A DNA stretch of 64,000 bases from Candidatus Latescibacterota bacterium (GCA_965206595.1 OZ242214.1:4480001-4544000), one strand, 5' to 3'. Positions 28,420 through 39,528 are shown, counted from the stretch's first letter. The notes: a model not told the origin generated them from the sequence alone. Numbers and translations are program-made.

Positions 28420-30171
28420 ACTCCTCCGGGGTATTGGTGGTGCTGTTGAAGGGATTGGGGGCATTGGGCTTCAGGCCGCTGACAAGCGGCTCTTCCGGCG
28501 CCGCAGCTCGCTTGGCCGCGGGCTGGCGTTCGGCCGCCAATACCCGCATCCCGCCGCCCAGGGTCAGCTCGAGCACATGGCGCCTTCCGCGGTTGAGGGG
28601 GATGCTGTGCCACTGCCCCACGACATCGCCCTCCGCGGTGCGGGCCCGGGCCTGGAAATAGCCGCTGACCAGGTTCGCACCGGTTATGGTCAGGGACACC
28701 CGGCCAGCGGCATCGGTAACGCCGCTCCAGGCGTAGTCGCGCGGACGCCCGGCGATGGCGCGGGAAAACTCGACGGTCAGGCCCTCGACGGAATCGCCGA
28801 GAACGGTGGCTTCCACTCCTGTGAAGACGGGGTCGGTCACCGCAATCGTTGCGGCAGCGAGTTCCTCGCCATCGTGAAGGGCCGTCACGACGATCGTCTC
28901 GCCCGGTTCGTTCAAGGCGTCGCCAGAGACCGTGAGGGTCAACTGCGTCGAGCCGACCGTGGCCTCGGCAGGTATTGTGATGCTCATCTCCCCGCTCACG
29001 CTGTAGTCGTCGCCGGCGGCCGTGCCCGACAGGGACAGAGGGATCATCGTCGACACCGGCAAAATCTCGCTGGTCTGGGTAGCCGTCGCGGTCACGGTCT
29101 GAGCGCCGCCGCCTTCGGTCAGCGACTCAGGATCGACCGACAGGGTGATTTCCGGTACGTGGTCGGACAAATCGAAGTAGATCCCGGCGCCGAAAACAAT
29201 CTCGCGACAAAGGATTCGGCGTAACTCAACTTGGGCGAGCCGATGTCTTCGTCCCCCGTCAACACGGGATCGTCGTAGTGGTACTCGACAAAGCCGCCCC
29301 CCGCTTGGGCCGCTTCAATCAGGAGCTGGACGAACCTGACCCCGTTTACATCCTCCAGATCCAGCTGATTCCGGGCTTCGAGCGAACGATCGGCTCCGTG
29401 AAAAACCACGTCTCCGTTGGTGTTGTAGATGAAGAGGTAGATATGTTCATGCCGCCAATCTCCCCCTTCTGCTCTGAAGGCGTTCAGGATCTCCGAATAG
29501 CGGCCGGTTCCATGTTCCCGCAACGCGGTGACATAGCCCCCGACCGCCCCCCTTACGAAAGCCTTGAGGGATTCGCGGTCGGTAACGTCGGCGGCCGTCA
29601 CCTCCGGATGGGGAATGAGCGAGTCGTCGTGCCCTGGCGGTTCGATACCCGATACATTCTGAAAAAAGCCACCTATGAGAATGATCGTGTTTCCGTATCC
29701 CCTGCCGACGAAGCTGGTAGCGTAGGCTATCTTGGCGGTGTCTTGGTCGCCTTTCTGCGCCGGGGCGTCCCAGAAGGACTCGACGTGGCCACCGCCCATT
29801 TCCGCAGCCGCGATGAGGTCCTGAACAACCGCATACCCACGGTCGTCTGCGAGCGCGGAAAGGTCCTTTCCTCCCGCATCCTCATCGCCGGCGTGAAACA
29901 GAACGGTCCCTTCCTGGCTCAATAGAATGAGATACGTGTTGCCGTGCTTCCAGTCTCCTTCTACCGCAGTACTGGCGAGAAACGGTGCCAGCAGTTGGCC
30001 CCGACGCGTTAATGGCCTCTATGCGTTCTTTCGCACCTTCCACGAAGTCTTGCAGTGTTTCCGCATCCACCACCTCGCCAGCGGTTGTCTCCGGCGATTG
30101 GGCCCGGCGGGATGCGCGGCGGGGAAGAGGCTGGCCAGCCCCATAATGAGTACTGCGGTCCGATGCTTCAC
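28420..30171 (-). pseudogene. Secreted Cache-domain + Calx-beta/Ig-like protein with truncated C-terminal sorting domain; several frameshifts
   Basis: GTG 30171 after AGGAGGAGG; Cache-like repeats 'YLFIY...GDVVFHGAD...LIEAAQAGGGFVEY...KLSYA'; Ig-like 'LTEGGGAQTVTATAT...EPGETIVV'; 'PNAPNPFNSTT'. Confidence 0.65.
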
Positions 30172-30243
30172 AGCGGCCTCCTCCTTTTTGAGATGTTGAA
30201 GGATACTTGGAAAAAAATACCGCGGACTCGGCTCCTCCGGACG

Positions 30244-30803
30244 TCACACGAAACCCGCTGCCTCCGGATCGATGATGTCGCTCCAGCCGTAGGACACCTC
30301 CACGAGGTCAACTCCGCCGATGGCGATCGTCTTCCGCCCGATCGGCTCAGCTCCAAGCGATTCGTAGAACCTGCAGGCGGGATGGTTGTCCTTCAGCACC
30401 CACACCAACATCGAAGCGATTCCGTCCGCGGCAAGCCGGTGGGCAACAGCTTCCACAAGACGACGACCGACACCTTGCCGCTGATACTCGTCCAGGAGGT
30501 AGATGGCGTAGAGTTCCCCTTGGTAGTTCGGATTGCCTTCCCGCTCCGGACCTCCTCCCGCGAACCCGACGATTCCGCCTGCGCCGGTCTCCGCAACCAG
30601 GTTGTGCCGAGCCTGGCCTTTTGTGAGTATCTCCTTCCACCTCGATTCCCTCTCCCCGTACGAGAGGCTATCCAGGTGCCCGGCCGGCACGATGCCTGGA
30701 GGACGGCATATGCCGTCCTCCAGGCATCGACGTGAACCCTCGCCATGGGACCGGCGTCTGCCGGGTTGGCCCCCCTGATTCGTACCTCCATACTTTTATC
30801 CAT
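30244..30803 (-). pseudogene. GNAT N-acetyltransferase interrupted by an 8-nt insertion within a perfect palindrome
   Basis: 'MARVHVDAWRTAYA' then frame change to 'GIVPAGHL...GELYAIYLLDEYQRQGVGRRL...N.PACRFYESLG'. Confidence 0.75.
30690..30729. repeat. Perfect 40-bp palindrome
   Basis: CGATGCCTGGAGGACGGCAT|ATGCCGTCCTCCAGGCATCG. Confidence 0.95.
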
Positions 30804-31267
30804 GTGCCGGGGCATACTACCAAGCCCCTTGAAGAGGAAACCCAAGACCCATCGAAACGACCACACCGGACACGAAAGGTCGGGTACAATACCGCAACTT
30901 TCTTCATAACGGCATTCCGCGTGTGTGAAGCGGATGATCTGCTAGACGACATTACCGCCTTGAGGAACCGAATGTCGGAGGACGGCTATCTCCTGCTCCG
31001 GCGTACCCATTCAGTCCCCTGGCTGATGGGACCGGGGGGTGTGGGCAGCTTATCCTGCTGAACGACGGAGTGGATCGGGAGCAAGCGAGGGAACCGGCTG
31101 CTTCCGCACGGCGGCGGTGGCGGGTTATCATGAAGGAGGGCCACACGATGGCCGCACCGGACAGAATCCACAGACACGGGGAACTACGGGATAGCGGCTG
31201 CGTACACCGCGGCAGGTGCCGCGCGCTAGCTGCAAATCCCGTTCCCACCCTTTTGGACCTGGAGCGC

Positions 31268-33820
31268 TTGATGTCCTCCGTCTTCGCAGCTATCTGGGTG
31301 AAGAGGTCGGTTGCAGCCGCAGCGGCGGTCGGAAGCCTGGGCATGGGCCCGGCATGGGGTCAAACCGCTACGGTACGGGACAATCAACTCCTCGTGGACA
31401 GGCAGTCACACTGGGAGGAATGGCAATTCCCGCCGGGAACGGTCGAAGTCGAAGGGGGCGCGGTCAGACCCCATTTCGTCAGCAAGAACATCGACGCCAC
31501 CGGGGATATCGTCGCCCATCTGAAGCGGAATCCGGGAAACAAGGATCCCGAGGATGTGACCCTTCTCGACGTGATCGACGCCGGTGTCAACAAGGGGGAT
31601 GTCGCCAACCTGTTCGACGACGACGAAAGCACCTACTGGGAGCCGGGGATCGGCATCCCCCTGGGGGAGTGGTGGTTTGAGGTCGACCTCGGCAGGCTCG
31701 TTTCGGCCAGGCGCATCGTGTTGAAATTCGCCGCGGAAGGGGAGGGAGATCCGTTTCTCCAGTTTGCGGTGCTCACCTCGGACGGCAGGGAAAGAATCAA
31801 GGGAGTATACGGCTTCCACCGGGCATTCCAGACCAGGCATGACAACAAGGAGCAGCGGGTTTTCGATATCGAGCTGCAGCCCACGCGCACCAACGTCGAG
31901 AGAGATTTCACGGGCGACATGGTCCGCATCGTGCAGGTGGTTGTGACCGCCAGCGATGGCGAACGGGGCGAACGGGTCACCGCGGAGGAACACTCGCTGC
32001 TCGACGACGACGATCGCGGGGCGGTGGATTATTACAGGAAGGTCGCTGACGGCGAGGTCCGCGTGAGTCAGGCCTCGCATGAGTCGATAAGCAGTGAGGA
32101 CCGGGGATCGGTGCGGCATTACCGTCGAGAGCGTCCGCGCCTGACGGAGCTCGAGGTGATCAGTGTCGGGGAAAATCTGGCCCTGGGAATAAAAAACCGG
32201 GGGGGCATTGCGCTGGATTACCTCGGAGAGTCGATCTTCACGCTGATCGACGGGGACTTCGGGAGCCTGAAGAACATCAACGCCGGCGACCCTGGCATCC
32301 GCAGGCGCCTCTTCTTCGACCTGAACTCCAGCTACTGGATCGACACCTTTCAGGCCTACTACAATACTTTCCGGGCTTCTTTCGGGAATTTCATGGTGCA
32401 GACCTCGGACGGCACGCTGGCACCGGACGGCAGCCTCGCGTGGGTGACCCAGGCGACCGAGACGGGGGGAAACGAGTCTCCGGGGGCCGACGCCTACGAG
32501 TTCACTACCTTCGCCCCGGTCCCGGCTCGCTACGTCCAAATTCTTTACTGGTCGCCGTCGGCCGGGACAGAATACTACATCCCGCGAGAGCTGCAGCTGT
32601 TCGGTGAGGGGTATCAGCCCGAGGTCGAGCTGGTCACCGCCGACCCGATCCGTCTCGGGGAGTCGATGAATCTCGTCTCCGTGGAGTGGGACGCCACCGC
32701 TCCTCCCGGCTCCCGGGTGGAGATCCAGACACGCACGGGAAACCGCCTCGCCGAGAAATTCCTCTACTACAACAGCTCCGGAGTAGAGGTGACCGAGGAG
32801 GCGTACCGCAAACTCGGCTTCTTCTCCAGGGGGGACTCGGTGGGCGTCTTCATCCCCGGCCCCGACTGGAGCAGCTGGAGCCGTCCCTACCGGGTCTCGG
32901 GGGAGCGCATCACCTCTCCCAGTCCGCGCAGCTCATTGATGATGCGGGCGCGCCTGCTTTCCTCGGACCCGCAGGCGGGGGCAAGGCTCGATGCCGTCCG
33001 TCTCAATTTCGTCGAACCCGTGGCCGCGCAGCTTCAAGGTGAGATGGTTCCGGCCGTCGTCGAGGCGCTGGGAGTTGAGCAGGAGTTTTCCCTGTTCGTC
33101 AAGATCAGCGATCAGGCGGATCCCTTCGACGACATCCTTCTGGAGGCGCCGGCGAGCGTCCGCATGCAGTTCGGGCAACTCCTGGTGGGCAGGGAGAGTC
33201 AATGGGAAAGCGAAGATGTCCGACGGGTCGCCGACTCGGAACTGCGGATCATGTCCACGGACGCCGACTCCCTGTGGATTCAACTGGATGAGCCCATACT
33301 TCCCGGAAGCGCGGACCTGATCGAGCTGAAGTTCACCTCCGCGTTGTACGCGCCGGGAGCGGTTTTCACGACCCTTCTCGGCAACTCGAGCCGGGCCGAC
33401 TCGTGGCAGCGCGTCGACGCGGGCGATGCCACCACCCTCGCCGCAGGGGACGGGATGGCCGTGGTGGGACCGATCGGCGGCCGCAGGGTCCTCAGCGAGG
33501 TCGCTATCTCATCTTCCGTGATGACGCCGAACGGGGACGGTGTAAACGACGAGACGACCTTCGAATTCTCGGTGATCAACCTCACCGGGCGCCAGGAGGT
33601 GGAGGTGCGGATCTACGATCTGTCCGGGCGCCTGGTGAACCGGATTACCGAGGAGAGACCCCAGGTGAGCGGAGAATACGAAATATCCTGGAATGGCCGG
33701 GGAGCCGGCGGCGGCACGGTGGTACCCGGCATCTATCTCGTGGCCATCGAGGTCGACACGGACGAAGTCGTAAGCGTCGAGAGTGCGGCGACGCACCGGT
33801 TGGTCCACGTGGTGCATTGA
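31268..33820 (+). CDS. Large secreted protein with discoidin/F5-8-like modules and C-terminal FlgD/gliding-motility-type Ig domain
   Basis: Signal-like 'AAAAAVGSLGMGPAWG'; 'LFDDDESTYW...FEVDLG'; C-terminal 'MTPNGDGVND...IYDLSGRLV...WNG...PGIYLV'; start uncertain. Confidence 0.75.
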   Translation: MMSSVFAAIWVKRSVAAAAAVGSLGMGPAWGQTATVRDNQLLVDRQSHWEEWQFPPGTVEVEGGAVRPHFVSKNIDATGDIVAHLKRNPGNKDPEDVTLLDVIDAGVNKGDVANLFDDDESTYWEPGIGIPLGEWWFEVDLGRLVSARRIVLKFAAEGEGDPFLQFAVLTSDGRERIKGVYGFHRAFQTRHDNKEQRVFDIELQPTRTNVERDFTGDMVRIVQVVVTASDGERGERVTAEEHSLLDDDDRGAVDYYRKVADGEVRVSQASHESISSEDRGSVRHYRRERPRLTELEVISVGENLALGIKNRGGIALDYLGESIFTLIDGDFGSLKNINAGDPGIRRRLFFDLNSSYWIDTFQAYYNTFRASFGNFMVQTSDGTLAPDGSLAWVTQATETGGNESPGADAYEFTTFAPVPARYVQILYWSPSAGTEYYIPRELQLFGEGYQPEVELVTADPIRLGESMNLVSVEWDATAPPGSRVEIQTRTGNRLAEKFLYYNSSGVEVTEEAYRKLGFFSRGDSVGVFIPGPDWSSWSRPYRVSGERITSPSPRSSLMMRARLLSSDPQAGARLDAVRLNFVEPVAAQLQGEMVPAVVEALGVEQEFSLFVKISDQADPFDDILLEAPASVRMQFGQLLVGRESQWESEDVRRVADSELRIMSTDADSLWIQLDEPILPGSADLIELKFTSALYAPGAVFTTLLGNSSRADSWQRVDAGDATTLAAGDGMAVVGPIGGRRVLSEVAISSSVMTPNGDGVNDETTFEFSVINLTGRQEVEVRIYDLSGRLVNRITEERPQVSGEYEISWNGRGAGGGTVVPGIYLVAIEVDTDEVVSVESAATHRLVHVVH

Positions 33821-33953
33821 GTCTTCTCCGGCAAGCCGAAACCGGCGGAAGCCCGCGATCCTGGATGATCCTGACGGAGGAATCCTGGTTGCCGAGCAGG
33901 TGCGTGGGCGGTAAACCGTTGGGAGGTCGGGGCAGTCTCTGCGATGCGGAGAC

Positions 33954-35930
33954 TCAATAAGCGATGGCGACGAGACGCTGGGCGCGGTCCCGGCCGGTGT
34001 CGGTTTCGACCTCGAGCTGCAGCAGGTAGAGCCCCGGTGCCAGCCGGCCCTTGTCGCCTGTACCATCCCAGGAAACGCTGGAAGGTCCGCTGACGACCCT
34101 TCTTCCCAGCCCGACCCCACGGACCTGCCGGCCTGTCAGATCGTAGACGGCGATGGATGCGGGCACCGCGCCGCTCAGATTCACCAACTCGTACTCTATC
34201 TGCAGGACATCGTTGACGCGATCTCCATTCGGGGAAAACACAGACGAAGACAGGCGCATGCTCCGGATGGACTGATCCGGAATGACCGTGAGGGCTACCC
34301 GGGTCCGGTTGCTGTCGTTCAACTCGTCCGCGTCTCCCTCGGAAACCACTTGCGGCACCTCGAACGGCGCGTCGCCGTCGGAGAGACGGGCGGCGAAGGG
34401 GGTGTCGTAGTCGAAGACCCGGGCCTGGAAGGTCAGCTCGATGAGCATTCCGTTGTGGTTCGAATCGACTCGCGGGATCTGCACGGCGAAGCCCTTTTCA
34501 TCCAGCCGCGTGACCGTGAGGTGGAGGTCGGCGCCGTCCAGGCGGGCAACGGGCTCGACGCTGACGATGCGGGCAGGGGTATCGATGGCGATGCCGTCGA
34601 ATCCGGGATCACCGGGCTCGATCCGGGGCCGCACCTGGTAGGTGAAGGAGGTAACCTCGCCAACCGCGGCAGCGGCGGGGGCGATCTCGCCTGTTGCGCG
34701 CGTGACCAGGGGCGGCGAGGCCGCAAACTGCAGGTAGTCGACCCGGCCGCCCGACTCGGGGGTCGAATGGAAGGCGACTTCGAACTGCACGAAGCGGCGT
34801 GGGCGGTCGGCGTGAACCTTCCCCCTTTCGGCGGGGAAATCGTAGGCGGCGTTCCAGGTTACCCAGTTTTCGTTGTCGTGGTTGACATCCCCTCTCTCCC
34901 CCGATTCCAGGCGCTTGTACTGGGGGCCCGTAAGCGGCGCGCCGGTCCTTGAATAGGGGACCTGTTCGTCCCCCCGGAAGGTTTTGCGCCAGTATACGTT
35001 GGGCTGGTCGTCGTCACCGCTGCGCATGGTGATGTCGACGCGGGCATCCGGGTCTTCCCCCTGCTGTCCTGCCCAGGTCAGCTCTCCCAGGTTGAGAGCT
35101 TCGCCAAGGTCGATGATGTTGGATGTGTATCTCGCGAACGGGGCAAGGCCGCTGGCGTAGATCTCGAATTCTGCGACCTCCCACCACAAGTCTCCCTGGC
35201 CGAAAATCTGGAAGAGCAGGCGCTGGGTGGGGATGGAAGGGAACCTCAGATCGACCACGTCACGACCCGGGCCCTCGTGAACGACTTCGAAGTCGTAGCG
35301 CATCGCCGGGTCGACGGTGCCCGCATACGACAGTTTGTATGGCCGCGTCCCTTCCTTGACAGGGTTTCCGTCGTTCGTGGCGATCAGAAACCGGGGAACC
35401 GGGTCCTCGCCGCCGGATCTGCACGTGGCCGCTGCCCTCCAGCCAAAGCCACACGTGATGAGGTTGCCGTCATCATGACGAGTGTAGAAACGTATGCGCT
35501 CGAGGTGGACCTGCCGCTGCAGATCGAACATGTAGATAATGCCGGTGTTATCCGTGTAATAGGAATCGGCATCCTCGTCGGCCATTCGAACCGACAATCG
35601 GCGGTACGAGGATCCTGAACGCGCAGCGATCTCCCACTTTCCCCCCAGGTAACGGAAGTTTTCATCCAATGTGGCAGGCGTCAGATTCACGTTGGACTCC
35701 ATAGTCTCCGGAGCGATCGCGCCGGGTTGGATATCCAGCCCGACCGAACCTCCGAAGCGGTCGGCATCGACGTCTTCCCAGGAAAGTTGCACGAAATCGA
35801 AAGCCCCGCCTTGGAGGCCGGGCTCCGGCGCATCTGCCCCGCCCAGACGATATACGGTCAGTGCGTCTCCGGTGGCCGCCGCGCAAACCACCGCAAAAGC
35901 GATGGCCGGCAGTCGAAGGTTCAGAGGCAT
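33954..35930 (-). CDS. Large secreted protein with C-terminal FlgD/gliding-motility-type Ig domain (distant paralogue of 31268..33820)
   Basis: Signal-like 'MPLNLRLPAIAFAVVCAAA'; C-terminal 'FSPNGDRVND...VYDLTGRQV...WDG...PGLYLL'. Confidence 0.75.
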   Translation of the reverse strand: MPLNLRLPAIAFAVVCAAATGDALTVYRLGGADAPEPGLQGGAFDFVQLSWEDVDADRFGGSVGLDIQPGAIAPETMESNVNLTPATLDENFRYLGGKWEIAARSGSSYRRLSVRMADEDADSYYTDNTGIIYMFDLQRQVHLERIRFYTRHDDGNLITCGFGWRAAATCRSGGEDPVPRFLIATNDGNPVKEGTRPYKLSYAGTVDPAMRYDFEVVHEGPGRDVVDLRFPSIPTQRLLFQIFGQGDLWWEVAEFEIYASGLAPFARYTSNIIDLGEALNLGELTWAGQQGEDPDARVDITMRSGDDDQPNVYWRKTFRGDEQVPYSRTGAPLTGPQYKRLESGERGDVNHDNENWVTWNAAYDFPAERGKVHADRPRRFVQFEVAFHSTPESGGRVDYLQFAASPPLVTRATGEIAPAAAAVGEVTSFTYQVRPRIEPGDPGFDGIAIDTPARIVSVEPVARLDGADLHLTVTRLDEKGFAVQIPRVDSNHNGMLIELTFQARVFDYDTPFAARLSDGDAPFEVPQVVSEGDADELNDSNRTRVALTVIPDQSIRSMRLSSSVFSPNGDRVNDVLQIEYELVNLSGAVPASIAVYDLTGRQVRGVGLGRRVVSGPSSVSWDGTGDKGRLAPGLYLLQLEVETDTGRDRAQRLVAIAY

Positions 35931-36171
35931 TGGGTAGGGTCTGGGAGACTCGGCAAATAATGGAAGGGAGCGGAGAGCGGTCGGTGTCGGGCACCCCGAT
36001 GGTTGATCAAACTCTGCAACTCCCGGACGGTCTGCAATGTTCAGCTTCGAAATGAGACGGTCTCTTCGTGGCTGATACACCGGAAAAGAACCCGGGCTGC
36101 CGGACCCGCGCGTTTCCGCCCGGATTGCCCGATGCCGAGATGTCGATGCCATATGTGTGAAATTGCCGCGG

Positions 36172-36666
36172 CTATACCAAAATGGATTCGTTCAGGCGCA
36201 CCCCGAAGCCCGGGCCATCGCCGAGAGTCAGGCAGCCGTCCTCCGGCTCAGGCGCGTCCAGCCACAGCTTCTCCTGCGCCCTGTGCCGGTTGCCCAGCAC
36301 CAGCTCGGCCAGGTCCGCACAGGCCGTTCCCGCGATGACGTGAAGCCCCCAGGGCTCCCCGCCCCGATGCAGAACCGCGGGCACGCCGGCCGCCTGTGCC
36401 TGCTCGACAATGCGCAGGGTCGCGGTGATGCCCCCGTACCAGGTCACGTCCGGCTGCCAGATGTCGAGCGCACCCGCCCGGGCGATGGCGGCGAAGCGAT
36501 GCGGGGTGAGGTCGTGCTCCCCCCCGGGAGGCCTCCGCCGCAGCCGCAGCCAGCTGACGCCCGCGTCGGTCTCCACGCGCACGACGATCTGCCACAGGTA
36601 AGGGCGCCAACCCTTCAGCGGCTGGCGGTAGTTCGGGTACCCGGCCTGCACTTCGGTGATCTTCAC
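36172..36666 (-). pseudogene. Mandelate racemase-family gene with a large internal deletion
   Basis: N-terminal 'MKITEV...VRVETDAG' fused directly to C-terminal 'GEH...DIWQPDVTWYGGIT...GPGFGV'. Confidence 0.7.
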
Positions 36667-36751
36667 TGGGTTGTTCCGGTTTTGCGGTTGTTGTGTACTG
36701 TTTGGACCGGCCGGACCTGGGGACAGCCGGTCCTCCCGGGACTCTTCGCCG

Positions 36752-37396
36752 CTACGCGGTCAGGGCGTCCATCAGGGCTTGGGCGATCACCAGGTGTCCG
36801 GCCTGGTTGGGGTGGACCGGTTCCGGACAGAAGGTATCGGCATCGCGGTATTGGAGCTGCCGTTGGAAGATTTCGTGGAGGCGCACCAGGCGGGCGTCGA
36901 AGCGCTCCGCCAACCCCTCCACCGCTTCGATGTACCGAGGCAACAGTTCGAGCACCTGGCTGCGAATGTTCCGGCCGCCGTGGTCGGTGGAAATGTAGAA
37001 CGGAGTCAGAATTACGAGAGGACAGCCCAACTCGTCCCGGGTGATCTCCAGAATCTGTTCATAGACGGCGGCGAAACAGGCTGGATCGACGCCGTCTTCG
37101 GCGCCGCGCAAATGACTGTGCAGGTCGTTGATGCCGATCTTGACGGACAGCCGGTGCGGCCGGTGGTAGAGCACGTCGTCCCGCCAGCGGGCGGCCAGGT
37201 CGGTGACGCGGTTGCCGCCGATACCCTTGTTGATGTAGCGGACCCGCCGCTCGGGGAAGCGGGCATTGGCCAACTCGGCGAACAGGCGAACGTACCCGTT
37301 GCCCAGTGGGGCCTCGGCACCGCGCCGGCCGCAGTCGGTTATGCTGTCGCCGATGAACAGCAGAGTTTGTCCGTCTTCAATCCAATGGTGGTCCAT
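36752..37396 (-). CDS. SGNH/GDSL hydrolase
   Basis: 'FIGDSIT', 'NKGIGG', 'IGIND', 'EPVHP'. Confidence 0.9.
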   Translation of the reverse strand: MDHHWIEDGQTLLFIGDSITDCGRRGAEAPLGNGYVRLFAELANARFPERRVRYINKGIGGNRVTDLAARWRDDVLYHRPHRLSVKIGINDLHSHLRGAEDGVDPACFAAVYEQILEITRDELGCPLVILTPFYISTDHGGRNIRSQVLELLPRYIEAVEGLAERFDARLVRLHEIFQRQLQYRDADTFCPEPVHPNQAGHLVIAQALMDALTA

Positions 37397-37470
37397 GGAT
37401 ATTCCTCCCGGTTTGGAGTAAGTGCCTCAGAGAGCCGACTATCATTCATATAGCCAAAAGGGGATACAGG

Positions 37471-38376
37471 ATGAGCGAAGCTTACGTAGTGGACAAGAAC
37501 CTGGGGCAGCCGTTGCTGGTGGAAGAAGGCGACCTGCCGCAGAAAAACGCCGACGGCGAGCCGGTCGTCGAGCTGACCGACGAGCAGAAATACCTTTTCG
37601 ATGTACACGGGTGGCTCCTGGTGCCCGGGGTACTGGCCGGCGACGAGATCGAGGCCATGCGCGAGTACGCGTTGCGCGTCCTGAACCAACCGGAGGCGCT
37701 GCCGGAACACGAGCGTTCCTTTGTCGCCGGGCCGCTGGAGAAGCTGACCGACCATCCGGTGGTAGTGGGGTTCCTCAACGAGTTCCTGGCGTTTCCGGGG
37801 CTTTCGAGCGCCGAATGCTACGGGTTCCGGATGGAGGGCAGCGGCTTGCGCAATCCGGCGGCGGCCCCCGGGCGGGAGGGGGCTTTCAATCCGCACAACG
37901 GCAGCGGCTTCTTCCGCTTCGCCGTGGACTCCCACCACTACCAGAGTATTCCCGGCAAGTCCTTCAGCGGGTTGACGCGGGTGGTGTGGGAACTGGCACC
38001 GGTCAAAATGAGGCAGGGCGGTACGCTCCTGGCCACGGGAAGCCACAAGGCCGCGTACCCCGCTCCCGCCGCCATTCAGGATCCGCATTCGGCCGTGTGG
38101 GAAACCTACGAATGCCCGGCAGGGTCGGTGCTTTTCTTCACCGAAGCCCTTGCGCACAGCACCTCTCCGTGGACCAATACCGGAAACGAGCGGACGGCCA
38201 TCTTCAACCTCTACAACAGCGTCGGCTCGCGCTGGAGCTCGTGGTCGCCGCCGGCCGAACTCGTCGAGCGGATGCCCCCGATGCGGCAGACCCTCTTTCG
38301 CGGAACCTACTGCGCCGACAACGTGCCGGGCTTTCGCTACGGCGGGCAGAACCAGCGGGACCGCCCGCTGGCCTGA
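37471..38376 (+). CDS. PhyH family Fe(II)/2OG enzyme
   Basis: 'QKYLFDVHGWLLVPGVL', 'GSHK', 'AGSVLFFTEALAHS'. Confidence 0.82.
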   Translation: MSEAYVVDKNLGQPLLVEEGDLPQKNADGEPVVELTDEQKYLFDVHGWLLVPGVLAGDEIEAMREYALRVLNQPEALPEHERSFVAGPLEKLTDHPVVVGFLNEFLAFPGLSSAECYGFRMEGSGLRNPAAAPGREGAFNPHNGSGFFRFAVDSHHYQSIPGKSFSGLTRVVWELAPVKMRQGGTLLATGSHKAAYPAPAAIQDPHSAVWETYECPAGSVLFFTEALAHSTSPWTNTGNERTAIFNLYNSVGSRWSSWSPPAELVERMPPMRQTLFRGTYCADNVPGFRYGGQNQRDRPLA

Positions 38377-38514
38377 CGGCAAGCACTTGCTGCAGGCAGA
38401 CCTCCTTTTCCTGAGGACCGGGCTCGCTCCGGGAAGAGGGAGAGCCTGAAGAACCACATTTCGCAGGTCGTTCTGTCGCGCTGGCACAGGGCGGTCTCAG
38501 AAGGAAGTCGGTTT

Positions 38515-39528
38515 ATGTATATCCAGGACCAGGTTTCCATCGACGATCTCGACGACGGTCATTTGAGCTTCTTCCATGCGATCGGAGTGGACTCGATCCA
38601 TCTGGAACTGCGCGGGGGAGCCCCCGCTGCAGGACACCGAGGCGGTACCGGCGCGGCCAGTACCTCGCTGGCGCGGGACTTGAAGGCCGGCAAGGACTGC
38701 ACCGACGTGTTGGCGCAGGCGCGGGAGAAGGTCGAGGCGCACGGCATGAAATTGAACAACATCTTCATGCCCGCCTGGGAGGAGATCACCCTGGCCGAGG
38801 AGGACGTAGACGAAAAGATCGGCCACTGGTGCAGGATGCTGACGAGTGTCGGCCAAGCCGGGATTCCCTGCGTCGGCTGGAACTTCAAGCCGATGGGCAA
38901 CTTCCGCACCCCTGCGGACAGGGGCAGGGGCGGTGCGCGATACAGCACCTTCGACTACGCCATTTTCGACAGGAACCGGCCCGAGCCGCACGAGCCCGCG
39001 GTGGACGAGGCGCAGATGTGGGCGCGGATGGAGCGGTTCCTGGCCGCGGCGATCCCCGCGGCCGAGAAGGCGGCTGTGCGCATGGCCCTGCACCCGGACG
39101 ACCCGCCGATTCCCGAGCCGCTGGCAGGCGTGGCGCAGATCTGTTCCACCCTGGAGCAGTTCCGCAGGATCTTCTTCGAGATCGCTCCGAGCGACAGCAA
39201 CTGCATGCTCTTCTGCCAGGGGTGCATGACCGAGCTGCTGGGGCCGGAAAAGATCTACGACGCCATCGCCGAGATGGCTTCAGAGGGCAAGATCGCCTGG
39301 GTGCACTTCCGCAACGTGCGCGGGCAGCTGCCGCGGTTTACCGAGGTGTTCGTCGACGAGGGGGAGGTGGACATGCGGCGGGCGATGGAGGCCTACCGGG
39401 ACAACGGGTTCAACGGGCCGTACATGATGGACCACACGCCGTCATTTGCGCACGGGTACGGCCCGTTGCACGGGAAGGCGTATGCCATCGGGTACATCCG
39501 GGCATTGATACAGATGGTGTACGGGTAG
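38515..39528 (+). CDS. uxuA: Mannonate dehydratase
   Basis: 'MALHPDDPP', 'FCQG', 'VHFRNV', 'F.E.F.DEG.VDM', 'DHTP', 'AYAIGYI'. Confidence 0.85.
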   Translation: MYIQDQVSIDDLDDGHLSFFHAIGVDSIHLELRGGAPAAGHRGGTGAASTSLARDLKAGKDCTDVLAQAREKVEAHGMKLNNIFMPAWEEITLAEEDVDEKIGHWCRMLTSVGQAGIPCVGWNFKPMGNFRTPADRGRGGARYSTFDYAIFDRNRPEPHEPAVDEAQMWARMERFLAAAIPAAEKAAVRMALHPDDPPIPEPLAGVAQICSTLEQFRRIFFEIAPSDSNCMLFCQGCMTELLGPEKIYDAIAEMASEGKIAWVHFRNVRGQLPRFTEVFVDEGEVDMRRAMEAYRDNGFNGPYMMDHTPSFAHGYGPLHGKAYAIGYIRALIQMVYG

